Source: Acetivibrionales bacterium
GTDB lineage: Bacteria > Bacillota > Clostridia > Acetivibrionales > DTU013
Direction of reading: 5' to 3'
DNA: 64,000 bases
Assembly: GCA_050952225.1 (NCBI GenBank)
Contig: JBMNKL010000001.1
Span: 494,589 to 558,588, forward strand
Part shown: one piece after another, positions 29,290 through 39,187 of the stretch
How the letters are laid out: every line of letters starts with the position of its first letter
How positions within the stretch are numbered: position 1 is the stretch's first letter
Notes under the pieces: generated by a model
Seen by the model: the letters and a program-made list of their open reading frames with translations, nothing else
Told to the model about the DNA's origin: nothing
Databases searched by the model: none
Translations under genes and position numbers: made by a program

Positions 29290-30489
29290 GTGCGGACAAT
29301 ATGTGAGAGCGTGCTTTGCACGGGGTGTGCTGCGTGCAGCCAGGTTTGTCCCCAGGGTGCAATAGCGATGACGGCAAACTCCGAGGGTTTTCTTTACCCT
29401 CGCATAAACGAGGATATATGTAGTGACTGCGGATTATGCATAAGGACATGCCCTGTTAACAAGGCCCTGGAAACCGGCAGTGAAGGTGATACCGTTACCG
29501 GCGCGGGTGCAGGCCATAAACAGGATGCCGGCAGCAGGTTTTATGCCTGCTGTTCTGTAGATGAGGCTATAAGGACTGCGAGTTCCTCGGGCGGTGTTTT
29601 TTCCCACCTTGCAAAGAGCGTTCTTTCGGAAGGCGGGGTTGTGTTTGGGGCCGGATTTGATGAAAAATTCAAGGTGAGGCATGCCTGTATAGAGGACGTA
29701 AAGAAGCTTGACAGTCTCAGGCGTTCCAAGTATGTGCAGAGTGAAATCGGGGATTCTTTCAGGCAAGCCAGGGGCTTCCTGGACGAGGGAAGAAAAGTGC
29801 TCTTCTGCGGGACACCGTGCCAGATAGCCGGATTGAGGGCTTTCCTGGGCAGGGAATATGGCGGATTGCTTGCGTGTGACCTGGCGTGCCACGGGGTTCC
29901 ATCGCCTAAAGTCTGGGACATGTATCTTGAGTATCTCAGGGATAAGTACAAGAGCGAAATCAAGGCGGTTTCGTTCCGGGACAAATCCACCGGGTGGAAT
30001 AACAGCAGCATGAGGATTGATTTTAAAAACGGCAGTAAATACATGGATTCGGTAAAAAGGGAGATTTTCTTCATCGGCTTCGGGAAAAGCATATTCAACA
30101 GGAGATCATGCTTCAACTGCCTGTTTCGCATTAATAATACAAAGGCGGACATAACCCTGGCCGATTTCTGGGGCATAGACAAAATCAGCCCCGGCGAGTT
30201 TACGGACAACAGGGGAGTATCGCTTGTAATAACCCACACTCCTGCCGGGGAAGAAGCGTTTTTGCGGATAAAGGATGATGTCCGGGCAGAGGAGAAGGCA
30301 TATAACGCGGCCGTAAAGTACAACCCGAGACTTGTTTCTTCAGTGCCGGAGCCGCCGGCACGCAAAAGCTTTTTTGGAGATTTGGTGTCCGGGTATGATT
30401 TTGACCGCCTTGTTGAAAAATACATGGATAATAAGAGCCTTAAATATAGGGTGAAATGCATAATAAAAAGAATACTGGGCAGGGGATAG
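29290..30489 (+). CDS. FrhB-family (coenzyme F420 hydrogenase/dehydrogenase beta-like) protein with an N-terminal 2x[4Fe-4S] ferredoxin domain
   Basis: CTGCAACSQVCP and CSDCGLCIRTCP clusters plus an FrhB-like C-terminal region. This family commonly pairs with polysaccharide pyruvyl transferases. Confidence 0.65.
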   Translation: MRTICESVLCTGCAACSQVCPQGAIAMTANSEGFLYPRINEDICSDCGLCIRTCPVNKALETGSEGDTVTGAGAGHKQDAGSRFYACCSVDEAIRTASSSGGVFSHLAKSVLSEGGVVFGAGFDEKFKVRHACIEDVKKLDSLRRSKYVQSEIGDSFRQARGFLDEGRKVLFCGTPCQIAGLRAFLGREYGGLLACDLACHGVPSPKVWDMYLEYLRDKYKSEIKAVSFRDKSTGWNNSSMRIDFKNGSKYMDSVKREIFFIGFGKSIFNRRSCFNCLFRINNTKADITLADFWGIDKISPGEFTDNRGVSLVITHTPAGEEAFLRIKDDVRAEEKAYNAAVKYNPRLVSSVPEPPARKSFFGDLVSGYDFDRLVEKYMDNKSLKYRVKCIIKRILGRG

Positions 30490-30638
30490 AGCGATAAATG
30501 ATTGGCTGCGGAGCAAGCAGCCCGGCACATGGGAAAGATTGCGAGGACGTACGTTGTTGTATTGAATGCGGATAACACAATGCGGAGATAACGGGTGATG
30601 ACACGTATGGTGCGGAAAATACGCTTTGAAAGGAGCGG

Positions 30639-31781
30639 GTGCTTGACGTGAAGGCCGGAATACTGACATTTCACTATGCGCACCATTACGGGGCGCAGCT
30701 CCAGGCCTACGCGCTGATGAAAGCTATTATGCGGCTTGGAGTGGATTGCGAAATAATAGATTATGTCAGGAGAGATACCGTCGAGGGCAGCAGCCTTTTT
30801 AAGAAAGGATTTTCTGCAAGGGCTTTGCTCTCAAATGCCAATACACTGATAAACTATGGAAAGCTTAAAAAGAGGCATGCCCGCTTTGACAGCTTTGTGC
30901 GTGATGACATGCGGCTTTCCGTGAAGCATTACTCGTCATACGACGAGTTAAAGGCGGACGCTCCCGAATACGATGTCTATGTGTGCGGGAGTGACCAGAT
31001 CTGGAACCCGTTGATATTTGAAGAAAAAACGTTTGATCCTGCTTTTTTTGCAGATTTTGCGAAATCCGGAAAGCGTATCGCGTATGCGCCCAGCTTTGGC
31101 ATAAGCTCCATACCTGGAAACTTGAGGGACACGCTTAAAGAATACCTTGACAAATTTGACTGCCTTTCCGCCCGGGAAAAGCAGGGAGAGGATATAATAC
31201 GTGAGATTGCCGGAAGGGAATCTGTAACGGTCCTGGACCCGACCCTGCTGCCGGGGAGAGAGGAATGGGCTGCACTTGCGTCTGCGCCGGATTTCAAAGA
31301 CCCGTACCTGCTATGCTATTTTATAACCGACGGCAGGAAATATGGGGAAGCCGTGAAAATGCTGTCAGATAAATACGGACTGCCGGTTGTCTCGCTTTGT
31401 GGGTCAAGAAGGGTTGTCCCCTCCACGCGGTTTTCTGTGATGGATGCCGGGCCGAAAGAGTTCCTGGGTTTGTTCGCAAACGCCGGGGCTGTTTGCACGG
31501 ATTCATTTCACGGTACGGTTTTTTCTATTATTTTCGAAAAAGCTTTCGTTTGCTTCGAATCAGGTAAAAAGGCGGAAAAAGCTGTCAATTCCAGGCTTTA
31601 CAACATACTTGGCAAGCTAGGACTTCTTTCGCACATCTATTCGCATACGATTGATGCAAAAGAATTCGAAAAACGCGTTGAGGAAACCGGGATGCCTGAT
31701 TACGGGCGGGTTGCCAGGAATCTTAAAGACGAGCGTGAAAAATCTTTCCATTATCTTGAAGCCGCGTTGCGCGGCTGCTAA
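30639..31781 (+). CDS. Polysaccharide pyruvyl transferase family protein
   Basis: GILTFHYAHHYGAQLQAYAL N-terminus and the later GSDQIWNP motif are typical of the PS_pyruv_trans family. Confidence 0.75.
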   Translation: MLDVKAGILTFHYAHHYGAQLQAYALMKAIMRLGVDCEIIDYVRRDTVEGSSLFKKGFSARALLSNANTLINYGKLKKRHARFDSFVRDDMRLSVKHYSSYDELKADAPEYDVYVCGSDQIWNPLIFEEKTFDPAFFADFAKSGKRIAYAPSFGISSIPGNLRDTLKEYLDKFDCLSAREKQGEDIIREIAGRESVTVLDPTLLPGREEWAALASAPDFKDPYLLCYFITDGRKYGEAVKMLSDKYGLPVVSLCGSRRVVPSTRFSVMDAGPKEFLGLFANAGAVCTDSFHGTVFSIIFEKAFVCFESGKKAEKAVNSRLYNILGKLGLLSHIYSHTIDAKEFEKRVEETGMPDYGRVARNLKDEREKSFHYLEAALRGC

Positions 31782-31845
31782 GAATATGGTTGTGAATATC
31801 CGATAATAGAAATATAATAAATTTATCGGAAACGGGGATGGCAAC

Positions 31846-32511
31846 ATGAAGCTATTGCCCTGGAAACTGCGCTTCGGCAGGAAGCTTGACGTAAAAGCGC
31901 TAAGAGACAATGATATCCCGCTGCTTATACTGGATGAGCGCTGGAACGGGCTTTTTAGCAGCACCCAAAAGACGTCGGCCATAGAACGCCTGGAAGAAAA
32001 GCTGAGGAAACTGCTGAAGGAGGAAGCCAGGCTGGCTGCCGAAAAGAAAGATATCGATGCGCAAAAAAGGCGTCATATGAATAGAATTATTTCGCTTACT
32101 CCGGATGTATTTGAGAAGAGTGATGAGGATGCCAGGAAGATAATGCAGGAATCTGAGCGCGAAATAAACAGGATTAACCGGCAGGCTGCGCAAATCGAGA
32201 AACAGCTTGAGAGATTGCCTGGAAGATTGAAACAGGCTAATCTTGAGCTGCTGGCCGTGACAGTAGGCACTGTTTACCGCAAAATCAAGTCAGGCAGAAA
32301 AAGAATCGAAAAACTGGAAAAGCTAATTGAAGAAACCAGGGAAAAACTGAGAGCTTGCATAGATGAAAAAGAGACGCTTGCAAAAGAAAACGCCGATGTT
32401 TATTCCTGCTTGCATAATCTGCTGGGCGGGGAGAGACTGGAGAAACTGGACGGGGTATTTCTAAACAGGAATATGAACGAAATGGAAAATAGTCTGAATA
32501 AGGAAGGATAG
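31846..32511 (+). CDS. Coiled-coil hypothetical protein
   Basis: 221 aa, Lys/Glu/Arg-rich heptad-like sequence. No recognisable catalytic motif. Confidence 0.4.
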   Translation: MKLLPWKLRFGRKLDVKALRDNDIPLLILDERWNGLFSSTQKTSAIERLEEKLRKLLKEEARLAAEKKDIDAQKRRHMNRIISLTPDVFEKSDEDARKIMQESEREINRINRQAAQIEKQLERLPGRLKQANLELLAVTVGTVYRKIKSGRKRIEKLEKLIEETREKLRACIDEKETLAKENADVYSCLHNLLGGERLEKLDGVFLNRNMNEMENSLNKEG

Positions 32512-32522
32512 GAGCAGTTAAT

Positions 32523-34103
32523 ATGAAAGTAGTTACTCCGGCACAAATGAACGCAATCGACTCATGCGCAATAAATGAATACGGGATACCCTCATTGCTG
32601 CTTATGGAAAATGCTGCCGCTGCCGTGGCTAATGAGGCTTCGTCAATGATGGGCGGCGCTTTTGGAAAAACGGTAACAATAATTGCCGGCAGGGGAAACA
32701 ACGGGGGCGACGCGTTTGCTGCAGCCAGGCTTCTTTATTCTAAAGGCGCCCATGTACGTGTGTACCTGGTGGGCACGAAAGACGGCATATCGGGAGATGC
32801 TTTAGTTAATATGGGGATCCTTGAAAGGATTGGCATACATGTCGAGGAACTTTCGGAAGCGGGCGGCCCGGATGAAGAGAGCGGTTTTGGAAAGCTTTCG
32901 GCAGATATAAGAAGTTCCTGCATGATTATAGACGGTATTTTCGGTACCGGCCTCAGCCGTAATATTGACGGGATTGCCGGGACGGCCGTGGAAATGATGA
33001 ACATTTCCGGGAAACCTATACTGTCTGTTGATATTCCTTCCGGCATTAACGGAGCTGACGGCAATATCATGGGTGTCTGTGTGAAGGCGGATGCGACCGT
33101 TACTTTTTGCATGCCCAAGCTGGGGCTCGTTTTGCATCCGGGATGCGAATACACGGGCAGGCTGAAAATCGCTGATATTGGAATACCTCCGGGTGCAATA
33201 GCCAAGCAGCGCATTTTAACCGAACTGACCGACCGGGTGACGGTTTTGCGTCTGATTCCGGCCAGGAAACCGGAAAGCAATAAAGGTGATTATGGAAGAG
33301 TTTTCATAGTAACAGGCTCCACCGGCATGACAGGCTCCGGATGCCTTGCATCGCTGGCCGCGCTTCGTACGGGAGCAGGACTTGTTTATGCGGGAGTGCC
33401 TGAAAGCCTTGCAGGCATATATGGTTCGGCGCTTGCCGAGCCAGTGCTTTTGCCGCTGAGAGATGCCGGCACCGGTATATTGTCTGAAGAGTGTGCGGAG
33501 CAGGTAATCACGCACATGGAAAAAATGGATGTAGTGGCGGTTGGACCGGGGTTGACGGCTTCGGAATCAATAAGGCGGATCGTGGAGAAAATCGTGGCAA
33601 ACAGCAAGGTCCCCCTGGTGCTGGATGCCGATGCGCTGAATGCAATTTCAGGCAATACGGAAATCCTGGAGAAACTTAAAACGGATGCCGTTATCACTCC
33701 GCATCCCGGTGAGATGGCAAGGCTGACCGGCCTTGACACGGCCGGCGTGCAGCGTGACAGGTTGGGTGTTGCCGCGAAGTTTGCCGCCAAGTATGGCGTT
33801 ACGGTAGTACTAAAGGGAAACAGGACCGTTATCGCACAGCCTGACGGGCGTATCCATGTCAACCCGACCGGCAACGCGGGAATGGCTACCGCCGGTTCCG
33901 GCGATGTATTGACAGGCGTCATAGCGGGACTGATTGCGCAAGGCGTACCTGCTGCGGATGCCGCGGTCGCAGGTGTTTACCTGCACGGCTTGGCCGGGGA
34001 CAAGGCAGCCGGTGAAACAGGCATGCACGGAATGTTGGCAGGCGATATACTGGGGTGCTTACCGCCTGTGATTAAGGAATTGGCTGAGCAAAATGCAGAA
34101 TAA
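32523..34103 (+). CDS. nnr: Bifunctional NAD(P)H-hydrate repair enzyme (epimerase plus ADP-dependent dehydratase)
   Basis: N-terminal YjeF_N (IIAGRGNNGGDAF) and a C-terminal carbohydrate-kinase domain (GTGMTGSG ... ATAGSGDVLTG). Confidence 0.85.
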   Translation: MKVVTPAQMNAIDSCAINEYGIPSLLLMENAAAAVANEASSMMGGAFGKTVTIIAGRGNNGGDAFAAARLLYSKGAHVRVYLVGTKDGISGDALVNMGILERIGIHVEELSEAGGPDEESGFGKLSADIRSSCMIIDGIFGTGLSRNIDGIAGTAVEMMNISGKPILSVDIPSGINGADGNIMGVCVKADATVTFCMPKLGLVLHPGCEYTGRLKIADIGIPPGAIAKQRILTELTDRVTVLRLIPARKPESNKGDYGRVFIVTGSTGMTGSGCLASLAALRTGAGLVYAGVPESLAGIYGSALAEPVLLPLRDAGTGILSEECAEQVITHMEKMDVVAVGPGLTASESIRRIVEKIVANSKVPLVLDADALNAISGNTEILEKLKTDAVITPHPGEMARLTGLDTAGVQRDRLGVAAKFAAKYGVTVVLKGNRTVIAQPDGRIHVNPTGNAGMATAGSGDVLTGVIAGLIAQGVPAADAAVAGVYLHGLAGDKAAGETGMHGMLAGDILGCLPPVIKELAEQNAE

Positions 34104-34389
34104 GCAACAGGGCGGACGCCGGGACGGGTTACAACCAGGATGTCCAGGTATGCCCAAGGGCAATAATGTGCAGAAATAAAAAATGAATGAATAAACAAAT
34201 TCGGTATTATATATAAATATAGGGGTGCTTTTTGGAGGATGCGGAAATAGCAAATATTTGATTTGACCGGCATATACTTTTGGATATATAATTATATATA
34301 TCTATCTCATAATTTCAACCCGGTCAGCAAAAATTATAATATTCGCTGCCTGACTGAACCATGAATTCTTTATAAATGGGGGATTTATT

Positions 34390-34671
34390 TTGGCGGAATT
34401 GAAAAAAATACTGATAAGCCTTCCTGATAACTTGCTGAAAGAAATTGATTACATCGTTTCTGTTGAGAAGACAAACAGGAGCGAATTTGTCAGGGAAGCC
34501 ATGAGGTTGTATTTGCGCGAAAAGAGAAAGATACAGTTGAGAGAAAGGCTGAAGAAGGGTTACCTGGAAATGGCCGAGATTAATATCAGTTGGGCGGAAA
34601 TGTGTATGAATGCTGATTCCGAGCAGCAGCAAATATATGAGGTACGGCTTGGGGAGTTGGAGAAAACGTGA
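34390..34671 (+). CDS. mazE: Ribbon-helix-helix antitoxin of the MazE/EndoAI type
   Basis: [18 protein letters not shown]...[16 protein letters not shown] motif. 4-nt overlap with the toxin gene. Confidence 0.85.
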   Translation: MAELKKILISLPDNLLKEIDYIVSVEKTNRSEFVREAMRLYLREKRKIQLRERLKKGYLEMAEINISWAEMCMNADSEQQQIYEVRLGELEKT

Positions 34672-35018
34672 TTATAAAGCGCGGTGATATATTTTATACC
34701 GATTTAAGCCCGGTCATTGGCTCGGAGCAGGGAGGAGTCAGGCCGGTTTTGATAGTACAGAATGATATAGGGAACAAGTACAGCCCGACCGTTATAGCGG
34801 CGGCAATTACATCGCAGATTAATAAGGCGAAGCTTCCTACACATATAGAAATAAGCGCGCAGGATTACGGCTTGCAGAAGGATTCCGTGATACTGCTTGA
34901 ACAAATAAGGACCATAGATAAGAAAAGGCTTAGGGAAAAAGTCGGGCATCTTGACGATGAACTCATGGAAAAGGTAAATGAAGCGCTGAGCATTAGCTTC
35001 GGGTTGACGGATATATAA
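34668..35018 (+). CDS. mazF: MazF/EndoA-type mRNA interferase toxin
   Basis: [48 protein letters not shown] is a near-canonical EndoA (NdoA) sequence. Confidence 0.9.
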   Translation: MIIKRGDIFYTDLSPVIGSEQGGVRPVLIVQNDIGNKYSPTVIAAAITSQINKAKLPTHIEISAQDYGLQKDSVILLEQIRTIDKKRLREKVGHLDDELMEKVNEALSISFGLTDI

Positions 35019-35748
35019 AAGTTTTTATTGCAGCAAACAGGACACGAAGCATAAAGCGCGGCAGATTAAGCATTCTAACGGCACGTTTTGGTTCCATGCA
35101 CAGCCTGTAAAACCATTCGAGGCCGTTTCTCCTGAAGAAATCCGGGGCAAGGCGTGTCCTGCCCGAGAGAACGTCAAGCGTTCCGCCGACACCAATGCAT
35201 ACCCTGGAATTCAGTTTATCCTTATGGCCGGAAATCCAATACTCCTGCTTCGGCGCTCCAAGCGCTACCAGCAGGATGTCTGCATTGGCGGCGTTTATTT
35301 CGCTGATAATTTCTTCTTCCTGGTCCGCGGTAAAGTAACCGTTCCTGCAGCCTGCAATAACAATGCCGGGGTAATCCCTTGCGATATTTTCCGCCGCTTC
35401 TTCAGCAACGCCTGGTTTTGATCCGAACAAAAATACCCTGATGCCTTTTTTTGCATAAGCCTTGAAAATGTTTATGACCAGGTCTACACCCGATACTTTT
35501 TCCGGAACCCGGCAACCTAGTATCCCGGAGGCCAGTACAACGCCGGCGCCATCGGCTGTGAGCATGTCAGCGTTTAGCAGGATATCTTTTAGCACGGGAT
35601 CCTTCAAGGCGGCCATCATTATTTCGGAATTAGGCGTATAGACAGCATGAACGCCGCCTTCCTTGATAAATTTGCCGATTCGTTTAACGGCTTCGTGCAT
35701 TGTTACACAATCTACGGGTATACCAAGAATATTGGCTGTTTTTCTCAT
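34993..35748 (-). CDS. tagA: WecB/TagA/CpsF-family glycosyltransferase (UDP-ManNAc transferase-like)
   Basis: [16 protein letters not shown]-terminus, ...PNSEIMM..., GAPKQEYWI motif. Its 3' end overlaps mazF by 26 nt (convergent). Confidence 0.75.
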   Translation of the reverse strand: MRKTANILGIPVDCVTMHEAVKRIGKFIKEGGVHAVYTPNSEIMMAALKDPVLKDILLNADMLTADGAGVVLASGILGCRVPEKVSGVDLVINIFKAYAKKGIRVFLFGSKPGVAEEAAENIARDYPGIVIAGCRNGYFTADQEEEIISEINAANADILLVALGAPKQEYWISGHKDKLNSRVCIGVGGTLDVLSGRTRLAPDFFRRNGLEWFYRLCMEPKRAVRMLNLPRFMLRVLFAAIKTFIYPSTRS

Positions 35749-35920
35749 AGCTTTACCTGCATTATTTTGCGATAAGGGTTTTTCATAATATCCAGGATAA
35801 CTTTCGCATTATATACAGATGATAATATAACCGCGGTATTTTGTAAAGAATTTGAATATCAAGGCTCCACTTGGGTATAAAATATATGGAATGGAGACCC
35901 GGGCAAGGTGGTGTTATCTG

Positions 35921-36820
35921 TTGAAACCGGCCGGTAAGCTTAGAGATATTCGTAATGACTATATACTGATTATCATGGGAGCCGTAATTACGGCTTGCGC
36001 CATCAATGTTTTTCTTGTTCCGTACAGGCTTGCGCCGGGCGGGGTGGCCGGGATTGCCACGGTTATCTATTACCTGGCCGGCAAAAGCTTGCCTGTAGGC
36101 ACTATCATGCTGATTCTAAACATACCGTTGTTCATTTTCGGGCTCAAGTTTATAGGACGCAAGTTTATTGCCAGGACAATTTTCAGTACTATCTTCCTTT
36201 CCATAGCAGTAGATATCTCGGAACCATATACAAGGCAGTTTATACAGCAGCTCGAATCTGAAAATCCTGCCGGAAGCCCTGACCTCCTCCTGTATGCAAT
36301 ATTTGGCGGTTTCTTTATGGGTATCGGTCTTGGACTGGTTTTCAGGTCGGGAGCAACGACGGGCGGTACAGACCTGGCTGTCAGGATTGTGCATCATTTT
36401 AACCCGGGACTTTCAATAGGCAAAACGCTCCTTGCCATTGATACCGCTGTCATCATCCTTGCAGCGATCGTGTTCAAAAGCTTTTTGATTGCTCTTTATT
36501 CGGTACTGTCGCTTTACATCTCCTCAAAAATTATTGATATCATGCTGGAAGGCATTAATTTTGCCAAGGCGGTATACATTATTTCAGATCGTGCCGACGA
36601 CATTGCAAAAGATATCATGAAAGAACTGGACAGGGGCGTTACCGCATTGAAAGGGACGGGGATGTACACGGGAAAGGAAAAGAAAGTCCTTTTTTGTGTT
36701 CTTCATAGAGGACAGCTGACACAGCTAAAGTCGATAGTGAAAAAGATTGACCCTTCGGCGTTTATCATACTGGGCGAGGTTACCGAAGTGCTTGGAGAGG
36801 GATTTAAAACGTACGAATAA
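35921..36820 (+). CDS. YitT-family membrane protein with a C-terminal DUF2179 domain
   Basis: INVFLVPYRLAPGGVAGIA repeat motif and GATTGGTDL second-half motif. A TTG at 35921 has an AAGGTGGTG RBS (ORF track start 35852). Confidence 0.7.
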   Translation: MKPAGKLRDIRNDYILIIMGAVITACAINVFLVPYRLAPGGVAGIATVIYYLAGKSLPVGTIMLILNIPLFIFGLKFIGRKFIARTIFSTIFLSIAVDISEPYTRQFIQQLESENPAGSPDLLLYAIFGGFFMGIGLGLVFRSGATTGGTDLAVRIVHHFNPGLSIGKTLLAIDTAVIILAAIVFKSFLIALYSVLSLYISSKIIDIMLEGINFAKAVYIISDRADDIAKDIMKELDRGVTALKGTGMYTGKEKKVLFCVLHRGQLTQLKSIVKKIDPSAFIILGEVTEVLGEGFKTYE

Positions 36821-36934
36821 AGGCTTGGATATAAATGCCGTTGAAAATGAAGTGAAAATATCCACGCAAAAATTTGTCCATGGTATTGACATGGACAGTG
36901 ATTTGATGCTAGTATGTGTGCAGTAACTGAATAT

Positions 36935-37117
36935 AATCTTCAGGGCAGGGTGAAATTCCCGACCGGCGGTGATGCGGCAAATGAGCCGTTAGCCCGCGAG
37001 CGTAAGCAGACCCGGTGAGATTCCGGGGCCGACAGTATAGTCTGGATGGGAGAAGATTTTTATTTGCTTTTGGGTAGCATCTATTCCCTGGGATTATATT
37101 CCGGGGAATTTTATTTT
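36935..37117 (+). promoter_or_regulatory. FMN riboswitch (RFN element) with terminator expression platform
   Basis: Aptamer 36935-37058: CTTCAGGGCAGGGTGAAATTCCCGACCGGCGGT...AGCCCGCGAGC...GGTGAGATTCCGGGGCCGACAGTATAGTCTGGATGGGAGAAGAT matches the RFN consensus. Terminator ATTCCCTGG/CCGGGGAAT plus TTTTATTTT at 37083-37117. TTGACA-N18-TAGTAT promoter lies upstream. Confidence 0.95.
37083..37117 (+). terminator. Terminator stem of the FMN riboswitch expression platform
   Basis: ATTCCCTGG / CCGGGGAAT (9 bp including one G-U pair), 9-nt loop, then TTTTATTTT. Confidence 0.8.
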
Positions 37118-37135
37118 ACAGGGGGGTTTTTATCA

Positions 37136-37711
37136 ATGAAGTTTGGCGTAAAAAAATTGGCGACGATGGCAGTACTGTCAGCACTTTCAATCGCACTGAT
37201 GCTGCTTATCAAGTTTCCGCTCATACCGGCTGCTCCTTACTTAATTTATGAGCCGGCCGATGTGCCCATTTTTATCGGCGCATTCTTATTCGGACCCATG
37301 GCAGGCCTTTTGATTACAGTTGTTGTATCAGCTATTCAGGCTTCAATGAGTCCCGACGGATGGGTTGGCTTTGTCATGCACGTATTGGCTACCGGCACAT
37401 TTGTTGTTTTGGCGGGACTGATATACAGGAAGCTGCATAATATTAAAGGGGCAATTATTGCCCTGGTATCCGGAACGATAGCAATGACGTTAATCATGAT
37501 ACCGGCTAATTTAGTGATTCAGACACTTTTCCGTGACATGGAATTTGCCGCAGTTGCCAAATTGCTTATCCCGGTTATCATACCTTTTAACCTTTTAAAG
37601 GCGGGACTCAACTCAATAATAACTTTTGTAGTATATAAAAGAATAAGCAACATATTCCACAGGCTGCTGAAAGATACTGCTGCGCCGGCAACTTCTTCCT
37701 GTGAAGAATGA
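37136..37711 (+). CDS. ribU: ECF S-component of the riboflavin-transporter (RibU) type
   Basis: Directly controlled by the FMN riboswitch. S-component topology. The ATG at 37136 lies after the terminator, while the ORF track start at 37046 lies inside the aptamer. Confidence 0.8.
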   Translation: MKFGVKKLATMAVLSALSIALMLLIKFPLIPAAPYLIYEPADVPIFIGAFLFGPMAGLLITVVVSAIQASMSPDGWVGFVMHVLATGTFVVLAGLIYRKLHNIKGAIIALVSGTIAMTLIMIPANLVIQTLFRDMEFAAVAKLLIPVIIPFNLLKAGLNSIITFVVYKRISNIFHRLLKDTAAPATSSCEE

Positions 37712-37878
37712 TATGTTAAAAATCGGGTTCTTTATACTTTAAGCTTCTTGGATCAAACCGATGCACTGCGCTTATAACAGACGGGCGTTTTCCCGGCGCC
37801 AGCAACGGATGTTTTGAATATTGTCTCCGGGGCGGGTTGAAAGCCCCTGCCTCATTATAATTTTAGGGAGGGATTGTC

Positions 37879-38424
37879 ATGGTTGCGAGGAAAACAAGAT
37901 TGGTTGTAATTGTCGGAGTGATGTCAGCCCTGGCGTGGGTCCTGATGGCATTGGATTTCCCGCTTTTCATTTATTTTCCTTCGTATCTGAAGATAGATTT
38001 CAGTGATATACCGGCAATATTCGGAGGTATGCTCGCGGGACCTGTTGTGGGAATAATCATAGAATTTATTAAAAATGTTCTTCATTTCTTTACCATGTCC
38101 AGGCATGGCGGTATTGGAGAGATAGCGAACTTTTGCACCGGGGCAGGCTTGGTTTTGCCACTGACGATAATAGTGCGAAGAGATGAAAAGAAGATGATTC
38201 ATGGGTTTGTCGCAGGTATCATTACAATGACTATTACGGCAAACCTGGCCAATTATTTTATAACGCTGCCGCTTTATATGAAAAATCCGCCGGCTGAAGT
38301 ATTGCTGAGCGTCATCCTGGCATACACGCTGCCGTTTAACATAATAAAGGGCGTAATAATCTGTACAACATCGTATTTTCTTTACAAGGCACTTAGAAAT
38401 ATCATTAACAAGCATAAGATTTAA
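37879..38424 (+). CDS. Second RibU/FmnP-like ECF S-component (paralog)
   Basis: FPSYLKIDFSDIPAIFGGMLAGPVVGIIIEFIKNVLHF closely resembles the YpaA/FmnP signature region. Confidence 0.7.
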   Translation: MVARKTRLVVIVGVMSALAWVLMALDFPLFIYFPSYLKIDFSDIPAIFGGMLAGPVVGIIIEFIKNVLHFFTMSRHGGIGEIANFCTGAGLVLPLTIIVRRDEKKMIHGFVAGIITMTITANLANYFITLPLYMKNPPAEVLLSVILAYTLPFNIIKGVIICTTSYFLYKALRNIINKHKI

Positions 38425-38631
38425 AACGTGTAGCATATCGGCGAATAAGGGCGCCTTACTTTGAGTGGCGCCCAGGGATGTAAAAAAAATCTAGTATAAG
38501 CACATAAAATATAACAAAAATATATTGACATTATTCCAGGCTTGTACTAAAATCAAATAAAAATGTAATAATTTACCTTATCTATATGTTGTAATGGATG
38601 CGAGAAAAAGTCAACGCGGAGGATTATACTT

Positions 38632-38841
38632 ATGGAGGTAAACAGGAATAAAATCCGTGACCTTATGAATACCAACTGCGCAGGAAATTACAACCGGTTT
38701 GCAAGGGAACTTGGTGTTGACCCGTCGCACTTATACAGGTTTTTGAAAACAGGGGTCGGCGGCGGTAAAAAGATACTGATGTCGGTAATTAAGTATTGTA
38801 AAACTAATGGCCTGGATTTCGAAGATTACATATCCATCTGA
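38632..38841 (+). CDS. Small helix-turn-helix protein (69 aa)
   Basis: NYNRFARELGVDPSHLYRFLK HTH-like segment. AT-rich upstream region with TTGACA-N17-TACTAAAAT. Confidence 0.5.
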   Translation: MEVNRNKIRDLMNTNCAGNYNRFARELGVDPSHLYRFLKTGVGGGKKILMSVIKYCKTNGLDFEDYISI

Positions 38842-38901
38842 TGCTGAGGCGGGAGATATGCCGTCCGTTGATAGCATGATGTAAAAGGCCCGAGACATGA
38901 T

Positions 38902-38978
38902 CTGCATGGAGGCAGGAAGCCTTATGCGTGGATAATTTACCCCGCGGAGTCACATAAAAGTGGCTTCTGCGGTTTTTT
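38902..38978 (+). repeat. 77-nt duplicated element, copy A (ends in a hairpin plus T-run)
   Basis: CTGCATGGAGGCAGGAAGCCTTATGCGTGGATAATTTACCCCGCGGAGTCACATAAAAGTGGCTTCTGCGGTTTTTT aligns gap-free to 41294-41370. Confidence 0.8.
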
Positions 38979-39070
38979 CATTATAAAGGTCAATGATGCG
39001 GATTAATAAAAGGATGTTATGTTCGCGATCCGATTGTTCCAAGCGATGCCGGGACTTGCAAAGAGACGTG

Positions 39071-39119
39071 AAAAGAACGAGGTATCCCCGCTTAAATGCG
39101 TGGTGCCTCGTTCTTTTTT
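39071..39119. terminator. Bidirectional hairpin terminator downstream of the AraC-family gene
   Basis: AAAAGAACGAGG ... CCTCGTTCTTTT, a 12-bp stem with A/T runs on both sides. Confidence 0.65.
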
Positions 39120-39187
39120 CTGAGCAGAAAGAAGCGCCTGGAAAAACTGCCCGCCATTTTTGTGGAAGCGTCCTGGTAACCGTATAA

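Noticed and set aside
29541-30686. 381-aa ORF on the minus strand
   Set aside because: It is antisense to the FrhB-like gene, which has clear Fe-S cluster motifs. It is a low-complexity Ser/Leu/Arg-rich shadow ORF.
37712-37878. Second riboswitch upstream of the second RibU-like gene
   Set aside because: Hairpins are present, but I could not match the sequence to the FMN, THF, preQ1, TPP or other consensus sequences I know. It is kept only as a question inside the FMN finding.
38632-38841. Prophage or ICE remnant inferred from the small HTH gene
   Set aside because: It is a single small HTH ORF with no integrase, recombinase, structural or replication genes nearby, which is insufficient evidence.
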